Assembly (NCBI GenBank): GCA_963776345.1
Contig: CAVZMH010000019.1
Location: 32,001-96,000 of the forward strand
Origin: an uncultured delta proteobacterium
GTDB taxonomy: Bacteria > Myxococcota > Myxococcia > Myxococcales > Myxococcaceae
Direction: 5' to 3'
DNA: 64,000 bases
Shown here piece by piece: positions 37,768 through 49,098 of the stretch. The notes under the pieces are model-generated. The model had not been told where the DNA came from, ran no database searches, and saw nothing but the letters and a program-made list of their open reading frames with translations. Positions within the stretch are counted from its first letter, which is position 1; each line of letters starts with the position of its first letter. The position numbers and the translations under genes were made by a program.

Positions 37768-39184
37768 ATGTCCATCCTTCGCTCGGTCCTCGTCGCGGAC
37801 GACGAGGCGTCGCTCCGCCACGTGCTCACGCTGGTCCTCCAGGGCCACGGCTACGAGGTGCGGGCGGTGAGCAACGGCGAGGAGGCTCTGGCCGAGCTCG
37901 AGGCGCGCGACTACGACGCGGTCATCTCCGACGTGCGGATGCCGCGGGTGGACGGGCTCACCGTCCTCAAGCGTGCCCTGGCGCGGCAGCCGGACCTCAC
38001 CTTCGTGGTGATGAGCGCCTACGGGCAGCCGGACGCGGCGCTCGAGGCCGTGGCCGCAGGCGCCTTCGACTACGTCTCCAAGCCCTTCAAGCCCGAGGAG
38101 GTGGTCCTCGTCCTGAAGAAGGCCGAGGAGCGGCGGCGGCTGGTGACCGAGAACCGCCGGCTCCGGCGCTCGGGCGCGGACCGGGGGCCGCTGGACCGGA
38201 TCGTCGGCAGCTCCGAGGCGGTGAAGCAGCTCCACAAGCAGATCCTCAAGGTCGCCCCGGTCTCCACCACGGTGCTGATCACCGGCGAGAGCGGGACCGG
38301 CAAGGAGCTGGTGGCCCGCGCGCTCCACGAGCTCTCTCCCCGTGCGGCCATGCCCTTCGTCCCGGTGAACTGCGGGGCCATCCCGCCGGGCCTGCTGGAG
38401 TCCGAGCTCTTCGGCCACGCCCGGGGCGCGTTCACCGACGCCCGCACCGCCAAGCGCGGCCTCTTCGCCGAGGCCGACGGGGGCACGCTCCTGCTGGACG
38501 AGGCCGGCGAGCTTCCGCCGGCGGCGCAGATCAAGCTGCTCCGCTTCCTCCAGGAGGGCGAGATCCGCGCGGTGGGCGAGAACCGCTCGGAGCGGGTGGA
38601 CGTCCGGGTGCTCGCCGCGACGCACCGCGACCTCGGCAAGCTGGTGGAGCGGAGCGAGTTCCGCGAGGATCTCTACTACCGGCTGAACGTGGTGAACCTC
38701 CACATCCCACCGCTGCGGGCGCGCCGGGAGGACGTGCTGCAGCTGGCGCGGGCGTTCCTCCTGCGCTTCAACCGGGAGCTCAACCGCCAGGTCCCGGTCA
38801 CCGGGTTCGAGCCGGGAGCCGAGGAGCTGCTCTCGTCCTACTGCCTGGCCCGGGAACGTGCGCGAGCTGGAGAACGCCATCGAGCGCGCGGTGCTGCTGG
38901 CGGAGGGGAATCTGGTGACGGTCCAGAACCTCCCGGAGCGGATCTGGTCCACGGCCCGGGGCCCCGATGCCCCGGCGCCGGCGGCGGGCGGCGAGACCCA
39001 GGATGACCTCTCGCTCAAGCGGGCCATGCGCTCGCTGGAGGAGCGCTACATCCGTGCAGCACTCCGTCGCACCCGCGGCAACCGGACCCGGGCCTCGGAA
39101 CTGCTGGAGATCAGCCACCGGGCGCTCCTCTACAAGATCAAGGAGTACGGCATCGACGCGGACGCCGAGGGCGAGCTGGGATGA
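37768..39184 (+). CDS. pilR2: Sigma54-dependent response regulator (PilR2-like); +1 frameshift near 38842 (probable sequencing error, otherwise a pseudogene)
   Basis: ATG at 37768. REC domain, GESGTGKE, GAFTDA. TAC-T-GCC-TGG-CCC-GGG-AAC: removing one base restores YAWPGNVRELEN and joins the HTH-bearing ORF 38858..39184. Confidence 0.85.
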
Positions 39185-39269
39185 GGCCCACCTCACCCAC
39201 CGTGGACGAAGGCGCACACCGACCCCTCAAAGACGTGTCAAACAGGCATGTACGAGCCGAACCCACGAA

Positions 39270-39299
39270 TTGCGCAGCTCCGGTTTTCGCGGGGATACT
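39270..39299 (+). promoter_or_regulatory. Weak candidate sigma70 promoter for HTH-pilMNOPQ
   Basis: TTGCGC-N18-GATACT about 30 nt upstream of the HTH gene start. Confidence 0.3.
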
Positions 39300-39330
39300 C
39301 GCTGCTCGCAGTGCAATCCCGGAGGGCGCG

Positions 39331-39558
39331 ATGGCGCGCGGCAAACGCAACGACGTCCAACGTCTGCGTGAGGACCAGCTGATGTCCAAGGCCGAGCTGG
39401 CCCGCCGCGCGGGCGTCTCGGTGCTCACCATCGACCGCGTCGAGCGCGGGGCCGAGTGCCGGGTGGACACCAAGCGGAAGATCATCCTCGCCCTGGGCTA
39501 CCGGGTGGAGGATCGGCGCAAGGTCTTCCCCGACGCGCGCCCGGAAGGAGTCCGGTGA
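39331..39558 (+). CDS. Small XRE-family helix-turn-helix protein
   Basis: GGAGG SD, ATG at 39331. LREDQLMSKAELARRAGVSVLTIDRVERG. Stop overlaps the pilM start. Confidence 0.85.
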   Translation: MARGKRNDVQRLREDQLMSKAELARRAGVSVLTIDRVERGAECRVDTKRKIILALGYRVEDRRKVFPDARPEGVR

Positions 39559-40640
39559 TGGCGAAGGGAAAGCTGGCCATCGGCCTCGACATCGGGTCGA
39601 CGTCGGTGAAGATGATCCAGCTCAAGGAGCAGCGTCGCCGCGGCGAGGTGGTCTACTCGCTGCAGAACTTCGGGATGAAGCCGCTGCCTCCCGAGGCCAT
39701 CGTCGACAACGCGCTGATGAACTCCACGGCCATCGTCCAGGCCATCCAGGAGCTGATCGGCGAGCTGCGGATCAAGCAGAAGCAGACGGCGATCAGCGTC
39801 TCCGGCCACTCGGTGATCATCAAGAAGATCCAGATGCCGCAGATGTCGCCCGCGGAACTGGACGAGTCCATCCAGTGGGAGGCGGAGCAGTACATCCCCT
39901 TCGACGTGAAGGACGTGAACATCGACACCCAGATCCTCTCCACCGAGGGATCCGCGGCCACCGGCCAGATGGACGTGCTCCTGGTCGCGGCGAAGAAGGA
40001 CATGATCAACGACTACACCGCCGTGGTCACCGAGGCCGGCCTGCTCCCGGTGGTGGTGGACATCGACTCCTTCGCCGTCCAGAACATGTTCAGCGCCAAC
40101 TACGAGACCGCCGACACGGACACGGTGGTGCTGATCAACGCCGGCGCCTCGGTGGTGAACATCAACATCCTCGACCGCGGGGTGACCGTCTTCACCCGCG
40201 ACGTCACCATCGGCGGGAACCAGTTCACCGAGGAGATCCAGAAGCAGCTCAACGTCTCCTACGAGGAGGCCGAGGCGCTGAAGATCGGCGGCGGACGGAG
40301 CGAGTCCGACGCGGTGGTGCCCCAGGAGGTCGAGCGGGTGATGGCCGGCGTGGCCGAGCAGGTGGCCGGGGAGATCCAGCGCTCGCTGGATTTCTACGCC
40401 GGCACCGCGGCCGACACCAAGTTCTCCAAGGTCTACCTCTCCGGAGGCACGGCGAAGATCCCGGCGCTCTTCAAGACCATCGAGGCCCGGGTGGGCGTGC
40501 CGGTGGAGATCGCCAACCCGTTCAAGAACGTGGTCATCGACAGCCGCCGCTTCGATCCGGGCTTCATCATGGACGTCGCGCCGATGGCGGCGGTGGCGGT
40601 CGGGCTGGCCCTGCGCCGTCCCGGGGACAAGCAGGTGTGA
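39558..40640 (+). CDS. pilM: Type IV pilus alignment protein, actin-like
   Basis: IGLDIGSTSVK, EAEQYIPF, LINAGAS, EIQRSLDFY, LSGG, AVAVGLALR. Confidence 0.96.
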   Translation: MAKGKLAIGLDIGSTSVKMIQLKEQRRRGEVVYSLQNFGMKPLPPEAIVDNALMNSTAIVQAIQELIGELRIKQKQTAISVSGHSVIIKKIQMPQMSPAELDESIQWEAEQYIPFDVKDVNIDTQILSTEGSAATGQMDVLLVAAKKDMINDYTAVVTEAGLLPVVVDIDSFAVQNMFSANYETADTDTVVLINAGASVVNINILDRGVTVFTRDVTIGGNQFTEEIQKQLNVSYEEAEALKIGGGRSESDAVVPQEVERVMAGVAEQVAGEIQRSLDFYAGTAADTKFSKVYLSGGTAKIPALFKTIEARVGVPVEIANPFKNVVIDSRRFDPGFIMDVAPMAAVAVGLALRRPGDKQV

Positions 40641-40653
40641 GGAGGGTGCGGCG

Positions 40654-41337
40654 ATGATGATCCACATCAACCTCCTCCCGGTCAGGCAGGAGAAGAAGCG
40701 CGAGGTCGGGCGGCAGTTCCTGGTGGTGGTGGGCGGCGCCCTGTTCATCACCCTGCTCGGGAACTGGCTCTGGTACGACAGCCTGGCCTCCGAGGAGAAG
40801 AAGAACGCCCAGCGGATCGCCAGCACCCAGGCCCGCATCGCCGAGCTGGAGAAGGTGATCGGCGAGGTCAACAACATCAACGCCCGGAAGAAGGACGTCC
40901 AGGCGAAGCTGGCGATCCTCGCCGACCTGCGCAAGCAACGCACCGGCCCGGTGCGCATGCTGGACGCGCTCTCCACCGCGATCCCCAAGAAGGTCTGGCT
41001 GACCGCCTTCGACGAGAAGTCCAGCGCGGTGAAGATGACCGGCCGTGCCGCGAGTCACGAGGACGTGGCCGAGTTCATGCGCGCGCTGCAGAGCATCGTC
41101 TGGACCCCCCGCGGGATGGGGCGGCTCATCGAGCAGAAGCGCGACGCGGCCACCGCCCGGGTGGAGCTGGTGGGAGGCGAGGGCGCGGTGGAGGACTTCC
41201 CCACCAGGTCCATCTCCAACTTCTTCACCCGCGTCGATCTCAAGAGGGCCGAGTCGAAGGCCCCGGCCGGAGCCACGAGCGGGACGCAGCGCATCGTCGA
41301 GTTCGAGATCAACCTGAACTCGAACTACGCCATCTAG
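40654..41337 (+). CDS. pilN: Type IV pilus alignment protein
   Basis: N-terminal INLLP motif, TM, coiled coil. Confidence 0.93.
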   Translation: MMIHINLLPVRQEKKREVGRQFLVVVGGALFITLLGNWLWYDSLASEEKKNAQRIASTQARIAELEKVIGEVNNINARKKDVQAKLAILADLRKQRTGPVRMLDALSTAIPKKVWLTAFDEKSSAVKMTGRAASHEDVAEFMRALQSIVWTPRGMGRLIEQKRDAATARVELVGGEGAVEDFPTRSISNFFTRVDLKRAESKAPAGATSGTQRIVEFEINLNSNYAI

Positions 41338-41347
41338 GACCACGACC

Positions 41348-41956
41348 ATGGACGAGATCATCGACAGGGTCCTGAAGGCGCCTCCCCTCCAGCGGTGGGG
41401 CGGGCTGGCGGCCGTGCTGGTGCTACTGACCATCCTCAACGCCTTCCTCATGGTCCGCCCCGAGCTCGGCACCCTCGAGGGCCAGGCAGCAGAGCAGCGG
41501 CAGCTCGACTCGCAGCTGCAAGAGAAGTCCGAGATCGCCCAGAACCTGAACGAGCGCCGCCGGGAGATGGACGTGCTCCAGCAGAAGCTGGACGAGGCCC
41601 TCGCCGAGCTCCCCGAGTCGGCGGATCTGGACGAGCTCCTGGCACAGCTCAACGAGATCGGTCGCAAGAGCGGGCTGGAGATCGCCGCGGTGGAGCCTGC
41701 GCCCGAGGAGTCCGCGCAGATCTACGTGAAGATCCCCATCAAGATGGCGCTCACCGGCAACTACCACGAGGTCGCCATGTTCCTGCAGTCGCTGGCGACC
41801 CTCCGGCGCATCGTCAACGTCAACAACATCCAGCTCGGATCGCCCATCCTCAGGTCGGAGAAGGTGGTGCTCAACACCTCCTTCGTGGCCACCACCTTCC
41901 GGTTCCTCGACCAGAAGAGCCAGGGGACCGACAAGAAGAAGGCCACGCCCCAATGA
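41348..41956 (+). CDS. pilO: Type IV pilus alignment protein
   Basis: TM, coiled coil, LPE, GNYHEV..F, RIVNV, TFRF. Confidence 0.93.
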   Translation: MDEIIDRVLKAPPLQRWGGLAAVLVLLTILNAFLMVRPELGTLEGQAAEQRQLDSQLQEKSEIAQNLNERRREMDVLQQKLDEALAELPESADLDELLAQLNEIGRKSGLEIAAVEPAPEESAQIYVKIPIKMALTGNYHEVAMFLQSLATLRRIVNVNNIQLGSPILRSEKVVLNTSFVATTFRFLDQKSQGTDKKKATPQ

Positions 41957-42510
41957 TCTCTCCGCGCGCCCTTCGGTCCGTCCTCTGCGCCCTGGTCCTC
42001 GGGCTGGCCGTGCTCTCCGGCTGCGGCGGGAGCACCCCGGCGCCTCCGCCTGCTCCGACCAAGGCCGCCGTCGCCAAGCCGCCGCCCGCGGCCGAACCGG
42101 CGGCGCCGGCCGCGCCGACGTACGTGTACAACCCCGTCGGGAAGCGGGACCCCTTCCGCAGCCCGGAGGCCGAGCCCGCGGCGCAGGCCGCGCTGGCCAA
42201 CGCCACCTGCACCGAGCCGCTCTGCCGGTTCGACGTGGATCAGCTCACCCTGGTGGCGGTGGTGAGCGGCGACGCGAATCCCTTGGCCATGGTGCAGGAC
42301 CCGGCGGGGCGCGGCTACTTCGTGCGCCGGAACACCCGGGTGGGGCGGCAGGGCGGAAAGGTCACGCAGATCATGAGCGACGCGGTCGTCATCACCGAGT
42401 ACTTCACCACCCCCGACGGGAAGACCACCGCGAACCCCGTCACGTTGGCCATCAAGTCCGAGAAGATCCCCGAGCAGGAGACCGATCTCGCGACGGGGAA
42501 GTCCTATTGA
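41953..42510 (+). CDS. pilP: Type IV pilus lipoprotein
   Basis: ATG at 41953. Lipobox LSGC, YNPVGKRDPFRS, LVAVV...AMVQDP.G.G. Confidence 0.92.
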   Translation: MISPRALRSVLCALVLGLAVLSGCGGSTPAPPPAPTKAAVAKPPPAAEPAAPAAPTYVYNPVGKRDPFRSPEAEPAAQAALANATCTEPLCRFDVDQLTLVAVVSGDANPLAMVQDPAGRGYFVRRNTRVGRQGGKVTQIMSDAVVITEYFTTPDGKTTANPVTLAIKSEKIPEQETDLATGKSY

Positions 42511-42532
42511 GGCCGGAGCGGAGAGCCCTGTG

Positions 42533-45280
42533 ATGCGTTCCCAGAGCGCAGTGACCCTGATCGGCTGTCTGGCGGTGATCGCCGCAGCGCCCTCTCTCGC
42601 CGCCGAGCCCAACGTGCTCCGCGACGTCCGCCTGGAGCCCACCGCCTCCGGCGCCCGGGTGGTGGTGACCGGCAGCCGCCCGCCGGTCTTCACCGTCTTC
42701 CGGCTCGCCGGCCCGGATCGCCTGGTGGTCGACGTGGCCTCCGCCGACGCGAGCGCGGTCCGCGGCGCCCGCGAAGGCCAGGGCCCCGTCGGGGGCATCA
42801 ACGTCTCCCAGTTCACCGACTCGACGTCCAGCGTGGGCCGGGTGCTGATCACGCTGCGCGCGGCAAAGAGCTACGACGTGAAGGCGGACGGGAACCAGCT
42901 CCTCGTCTCGGTCCTGGGCGAGGGTGAGACCTCCGCCCCGGTGGCGAACGCCGGGCCGCCGGCGGTCCCCGCGCCTCGCGCCGCCGCCCCCACCCCCGCT
43001 GCTGCGGCGCCCGCCGCTCCGGTCGAGAGCCGCGCGGCCGAGGCGACCGAGCCCGCCGCGTCGTCGTCGGACGTGGTCTCGGTGGCGCGCGAGACCCGCC
43101 AGGTCAGGACCCCGGCCCGGCGCCTCACCGCGGCGCGGGTCCAGGGCAGCACCCTGCATCTCTCGTTCGACGGCGAGGTGCGGGGCTACGAGCTTCTCCG
43201 CCTGACCGGTCCGAGCCGGCTCGCGCTGGACGTCACCGGGGTGAAGCTCGCCACGTCGGTGCGCCGCGCGCCCTCCGGGCCCTTCTCCACGCTCCGCGCC
43301 GGGGCCCATCCGGACAAGGTGCGGCTGGTGGTGGACGTGGACCCGGCGCTCGAGGCGAAGGTGAGCTTCACCCCGCACGGGGTCCGCTGGGCCGTCTCCC
43401 CGCCTTCGGCGCCGGCGGCCGCCTCCGCGCCCCCGGCCGTGTCCGCCGCTCCGGGCCGCGGAAAGGGCGACCTCCAGGACGGCGAGGTGGAGATCGACGG
43501 CCGCCGGGTGGTCACCGCCGCGGCGGCGCCCGCGCAGGGCGGTCCGGCGGAGATGCTCGATCTCGGCTTCGTCGAGTCGTCGCGGGGCGGGCGCATCCAG
43601 ATCAAGCTCAGCCGCGCGGCCCAGTTCGAGGTGGAGCGCCCCGATGACCGCGGCGCGGTGCTGACCCTGACCGGGGTGCGACTCCCCAAGCGGCTGGAGC
43701 GCAGCCTGGACACCTCGGCGCTGGAGACGCCGATCAAGATGATCAGCACCTTCGCCGTCCCGGGCGACGCCCGGAAGGTCAGGGTGGTGGTCGCCGCCGA
43801 CGGGGCGCTCACCGAGCGCGCCGAGCGTGCGCCGGACGGTCTGGTGTGGCACCTCGAGGCCAAGGGGCTGAAGACCGAGGAGGTCGCGGTGTCGAACCGC
43901 ACCGCCGCCTTCACCACCGAGCCGGCCGTGGTCGTCGCCCAGACCGCCACCGGCCGGACCCGCTACGTGGGCAAGAAGGTGTCCTTCGAGTTCAAGGACA
44001 TCGACATCCACAACCTGCTCCGGGTCATCGCCGAGGTCAGCAAGAAGAACATCGTGGTGGCCGACGACGTGACCGGGAAGATCACCATCCGTCTCCGGAA
44101 CGTCCCCTGGGACCAGGCGCTGGACATCATCCTGGCCAGCAAGGGCCTGGGGAAGGAGGAGATCGGCGACATCATCCGCGTCGCCCCGCTCAAGACGCTC
44201 GAGGAGGAGGCGCGCTCGCGCGAGGAGCGGAAGAAGGCCCTGCGGCGGCAGGAGGACCTGGTGGTGCAGCTGATCCCGGTCAACTATGCCGCGGCGGGCG
44301 ACATGGCCTCGCGGGTCAAGGACGTCCTGAGCGAGCGGGGCACGGTCGCGGTCGACACCCGGACCAACACCCTGGTGGTGCGGGACATCGGCAGCAACAT
44401 CGGAAAGGCGCGCAGCCTGGTGGAGAAGCTGGACTCCATCACGCCCCAGGTCCTGATCGAGAGCCGCATCGTCGAGGCCAACACCAGCTTCTCGCGCAAC
44501 ATCGGAGTCCAGTGGGGCGGCTTCGGTCAGGCCGCGCCCGCCACCGGCAACGCCACCGGTCTGAGCTTCCCCAACACCGTCCGGGTGACCGGCGGAACCG
44601 ACCTGGGAGACGCCTCGGCCGCCGGCATCTCCACTGCGCCGAACTTCGCGGTGAACCTCCCGGCCGCGGTCGGCGCGGGCTCCGGTGGCGCCCTCGGCTT
44701 CGTCTTCGGCTCGGCCAACGGGGCGTTGAACCTCAACCTCCGGCTCTCGGCGGCCGAGAGCAGCGGCGACGTGAAGACCATCAGCGCGCCCAAGGTCACC
44801 ACCTTGCAGAACCAGAAGGCGACCATCAGCCAGGGCGTGTCCATCCCCTTCAGCCAGGTGTCCGCCCAGGGCGTGAACACCACCTTCGTCGAGGCCCGGC
44901 TGCAGCTGGACGTGACGCCGCACATCACCTCGGACGGCAGCGTGCTGATGGCCATCAAGGCCACCAACAACCAGCCGGACCCCTCGAACACCGGCGCCAA
45001 CGGCCAGCCCGCAATCCAGAAGAAGGAGGCGGAGACGCAGGTGCTGGTGAAGGACGGCGACACCACCGTCATCGGCGGGATCTACGTCCGCCGCGGAGCG
45101 ACCACCGAGGCCGGCGTGCCCTGGCTGATGAAGATCCCCATCCTGGGGTTCTTCTTCAAGACCAACACCATCTCCGAGAACCGCCAGGAGCTCCTGATCT
45201 TCATCACCCCGCGCATCGTGACCCAGAGCGGGTCACGGCCGGTGGCATCGGCGAGCGCGCCGGCTGGAGGGAATCAATGA
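42533..45280 (+). CDS. pilQ: Type IV pilus secretin with N-terminal AMIN domains
   Basis: Signal peptide, AMIN-like repeats (PDRLVVD, PSRLALD), VPWDQALD, QVLIESRIVEA, GDTTVIGGI, ELLIFITPRI. Confidence 0.96.
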   Translation: MRSQSAVTLIGCLAVIAAAPSLAAEPNVLRDVRLEPTASGARVVVTGSRPPVFTVFRLAGPDRLVVDVASADASAVRGAREGQGPVGGINVSQFTDSTSSVGRVLITLRAAKSYDVKADGNQLLVSVLGEGETSAPVANAGPPAVPAPRAAAPTPAAAAPAAPVESRAAEATEPAASSSDVVSVARETRQVRTPARRLTAARVQGSTLHLSFDGEVRGYELLRLTGPSRLALDVTGVKLATSVRRAPSGPFSTLRAGAHPDKVRLVVDVDPALEAKVSFTPHGVRWAVSPPSAPAAASAPPAVSAAPGRGKGDLQDGEVEIDGRRVVTAAAAPAQGGPAEMLDLGFVESSRGGRIQIKLSRAAQFEVERPDDRGAVLTLTGVRLPKRLERSLDTSALETPIKMISTFAVPGDARKVRVVVAADGALTERAERAPDGLVWHLEAKGLKTEEVAVSNRTAAFTTEPAVVVAQTATGRTRYVGKKVSFEFKDIDIHNLLRVIAEVSKKNIVVADDVTGKITIRLRNVPWDQALDIILASKGLGKEEIGDIIRVAPLKTLEEEARSREERKKALRRQEDLVVQLIPVNYAAAGDMASRVKDVLSERGTVAVDTRTNTLVVRDIGSNIGKARSLVEKLDSITPQVLIESRIVEANTSFSRNIGVQWGGFGQAAPATGNATGLSFPNTVRVTGGTDLGDASAAGISTAPNFAVNLPAAVGAGSGGALGFVFGSANGALNLNLRLSAAESSGDVKTISAPKVTTLQNQKATISQGVSIPFSQVSAQGVNTTFVEARLQLDVTPHITSDGSVLMAIKATNNQPDPSNTGANGQPAIQKKEAETQVLVKDGDTTVIGGIYVRRGATTEAGVPWLMKIPILGFFFKTNTISENRQELLIFITPRIVTQSGSRPVASASAPAGGNQ

Positions 45281-45990
45281 GCTCTCGCAACGGAGTCCTG
45301 ACGCTGGTGGCGCTGACCACGGCGCTGCTGCTCGCCGGGTGCTCCGCCGACCCGCTGAACATCGTCATCCTCAACGCCCGCGCTCCGACCGACAAGTGCG
45401 ACTTCAGCGACGACACCCTGTACAACCCCGGCGGGTCGCTGGACCTCACCCCCTACTACTTGGTCGACCCCGCCGCCAACCCGGGCGCGGTCCCCGCGGT
45501 GACCGGTCGCTACTACCAGGTGTTCTCCTGGCAGAACAACCTCGTGTCCACTCCGATCTCGGTCAACGGTCAGGTCGTCGATCCGGGCACCGGCAACGAC
45601 TTCATCGCCGACAGCGTCGTCTACGAGTACCAGTACGCGGACCCTTCCGTCGTCCTCGCGCCGGAGTCCGACAACCTGCGTGCGGTGATCGCCGCCGGCG
45701 GCCCGCCCGACAAGAACAGCGTCCCGGCCGACCTCATCCAGCCCAATGCCCGGGCGGCGATCGAGGGCAGCACCGCGATCGACACCAGCTCGCAGAAGCT
45801 CCTGGTCACCTTCCAGATCTTCGGGAAGCTCGCCGGGGGCAGCTCGAACCACACCAACAAGGTCACGTTCCCGGTCACCGTGTACCGGAGGTCGACGACC
45901 CCCCTCAACTGCTTCCCGGCCCTCGTGCCCAACGGGGGCCCGTGCCTGACTCCCGGGCGCGATCAGCCCGTCTCCTGCAAGACTCCCTAG
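45277..45990 (+). CDS. Cys-containing beta-rich lipoprotein coupled to pilQ
   Basis: ATG overlaps the pilQ stop, GGAGG SD, lipobox LAGC, four further Cys. Confidence 0.8.
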   Translation: MSSRNGVLTLVALTTALLLAGCSADPLNIVILNARAPTDKCDFSDDTLYNPGGSLDLTPYYLVDPAANPGAVPAVTGRYYQVFSWQNNLVSTPISVNGQVVDPGTGNDFIADSVVYEYQYADPSVVLAPESDNLRAVIAAGGPPDKNSVPADLIQPNARAAIEGSTAIDTSSQKLLVTFQIFGKLAGGSSNHTNKVTFPVTVYRRSTTPLNCFPALVPNGGPCLTPGRDQPVSCKTP

Positions 45991-45998
45991 GCTCGGAG

Positions 45999-46361
45999 AT
46001 GGCCTTCCTTCCCCTGCTCGAGGAGGTGGTCCGCTCCGTGGACGGAGCCCTGGCCTGCTCGGTCATGGGCTTCGACGGCATCTCGGTGGAGAGCTTCCAG
46101 GTGGACGCCGCCTCCGACCTGGACGTCCAGTCGACGCTGATCGAGTACGCGGCGGTGCTGGGGCAGGTGAAGAACGCCGCCCAGCTCCTCAAGACCGGGG
46201 CGGTCAACGAGGTGAGCATCAACTCCGACCAGGTGCTCACCATCATGCGCCTGGTGACCGACGAGTACTTCCTGGTCCTGGCGCTCTCTGCGCGCGGCAA
46301 CTACGGCAAGGGCCGGTACGCGCTGAGGATCGCCGCGCCGCGCATCCGCGCCGAGCTGTAG
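45999..46361 (+). CDS. mglC: Roadblock/LC7 polarity protein
   Basis: ATG at 45999. VMGFDGISV (F-D-I surface motif), [10 protein letters not shown]. Lies between pilQ and efp as in M. xanthus. Confidence 0.85.
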   Translation: MAFLPLLEEVVRSVDGALACSVMGFDGISVESFQVDAASDLDVQSTLIEYAAVLGQVKNAAQLLKTGAVNEVSINSDQVLTIMRLVTDEYFLVLALSARGNYGKGRYALRIAAPRIRAEL

Positions 46362-46429
46362 CGCCCACCCATCCCCGGAGCCCAAGCCCCTTCCCACTCG
46401 GGGGCCGCTCGGGGTAAGGGGCACCCCCC

Positions 46430-47005
46430 ATGGCCGGTGTCATCGATACATCCGAGTTCCGCAAGGGCCTGAAGATCGAGGTCGACGGAGAGCCCTACGA
46501 GATCATCGAGTTCCAGCACGTGAAGCCGGGGAAGGGCTCGGCCTTCGTCCGCACCAGCATCAAGAGCCTGCTCTCCGGCCGCGTGCTGCAGCCCACCTTC
46601 AAGAGCGGCGACAAGGTCGGCAAGCCGGACATCGAGGAACGGCAGATGCAGTACCTCTACCAGCAGGGCGACGACTACTACTTCATGGACACCCGGAACT
46701 ACGAGCAGACCTTCCTGGGCGAGGCGGTGCTGGGCGAGTCGCGCAACTACCTCAAGGAGAACATCGAGGCCTCGGTGCTCTTCTACAACGGCAAGGCCAT
46801 CGGGGTGTCGCTGCCCAACTCGGTCGACCTGAAGGTCGTGAAGTGCGACCCCGGCATCCGCGGCGACACGGTGAGCGGCGCCACCAAGCCCGCGGAGCTG
46901 GAGACCGGCTACGTGGTGAACGTCCCGCTGTTCATCAACGAGGGCGACGTCTTGAAGATCGACACCCGGGACGGCAAGTACCTCACTCGCGTGGCCGCCG
47001 CCTGA
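46430..47005 (+). CDS. efp: Elongation factor P
   Basis: [39 protein letters not shown]. Confidence 0.97.
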   Translation: MAGVIDTSEFRKGLKIEVDGEPYEIIEFQHVKPGKGSAFVRTSIKSLLSGRVLQPTFKSGDKVGKPDIEERQMQYLYQQGDDYYFMDTRNYEQTFLGEAVLGESRNYLKENIEASVLFYNGKAIGVSLPNSVDLKVVKCDPGIRGDTVSGATKPAELETGYVVNVPLFINEGDVLKIDTRDGKYLTRVAAA

Positions 47006-47007
47006 CC

Positions 47008-47553
<546 letters not shown>

Positions 47554-47573
47554 GCCGCCCCGCCCGCGCCCCC

Positions 47574-48959
<1,386 letters not shown>

Positions 48960-48996
48960 CCCCTCGGACTCCCTGGGGAACAGCTCGGCACGTTCC

Positions 48997-49026
48997 TTGA
49001 CGGTCGCGCCGCCGCCACGCTACCGT
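48997..49026 (+). promoter_or_regulatory. Candidate sigma70 promoter for sgmX
   Basis: TTGACG-N18-TACCGT in the accC-sgmX gap. Confidence 0.35.
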
Positions 49027-49098
49027 CCGAGGTGGAGACTCCCCGGCTACCGCCTGCGGGCCCGACCCCCCTCGGGCGCGCAGGCGCCGGCGCCGTCG

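Noticed and set aside
48984..49000. Sigma54-like CGGCACG-TTCC-TTGA upstream of sgmX
   Set aside because: The -12 position is GA, not the near-invariant GC, and it overlaps a plausible sigma70 -35 box.
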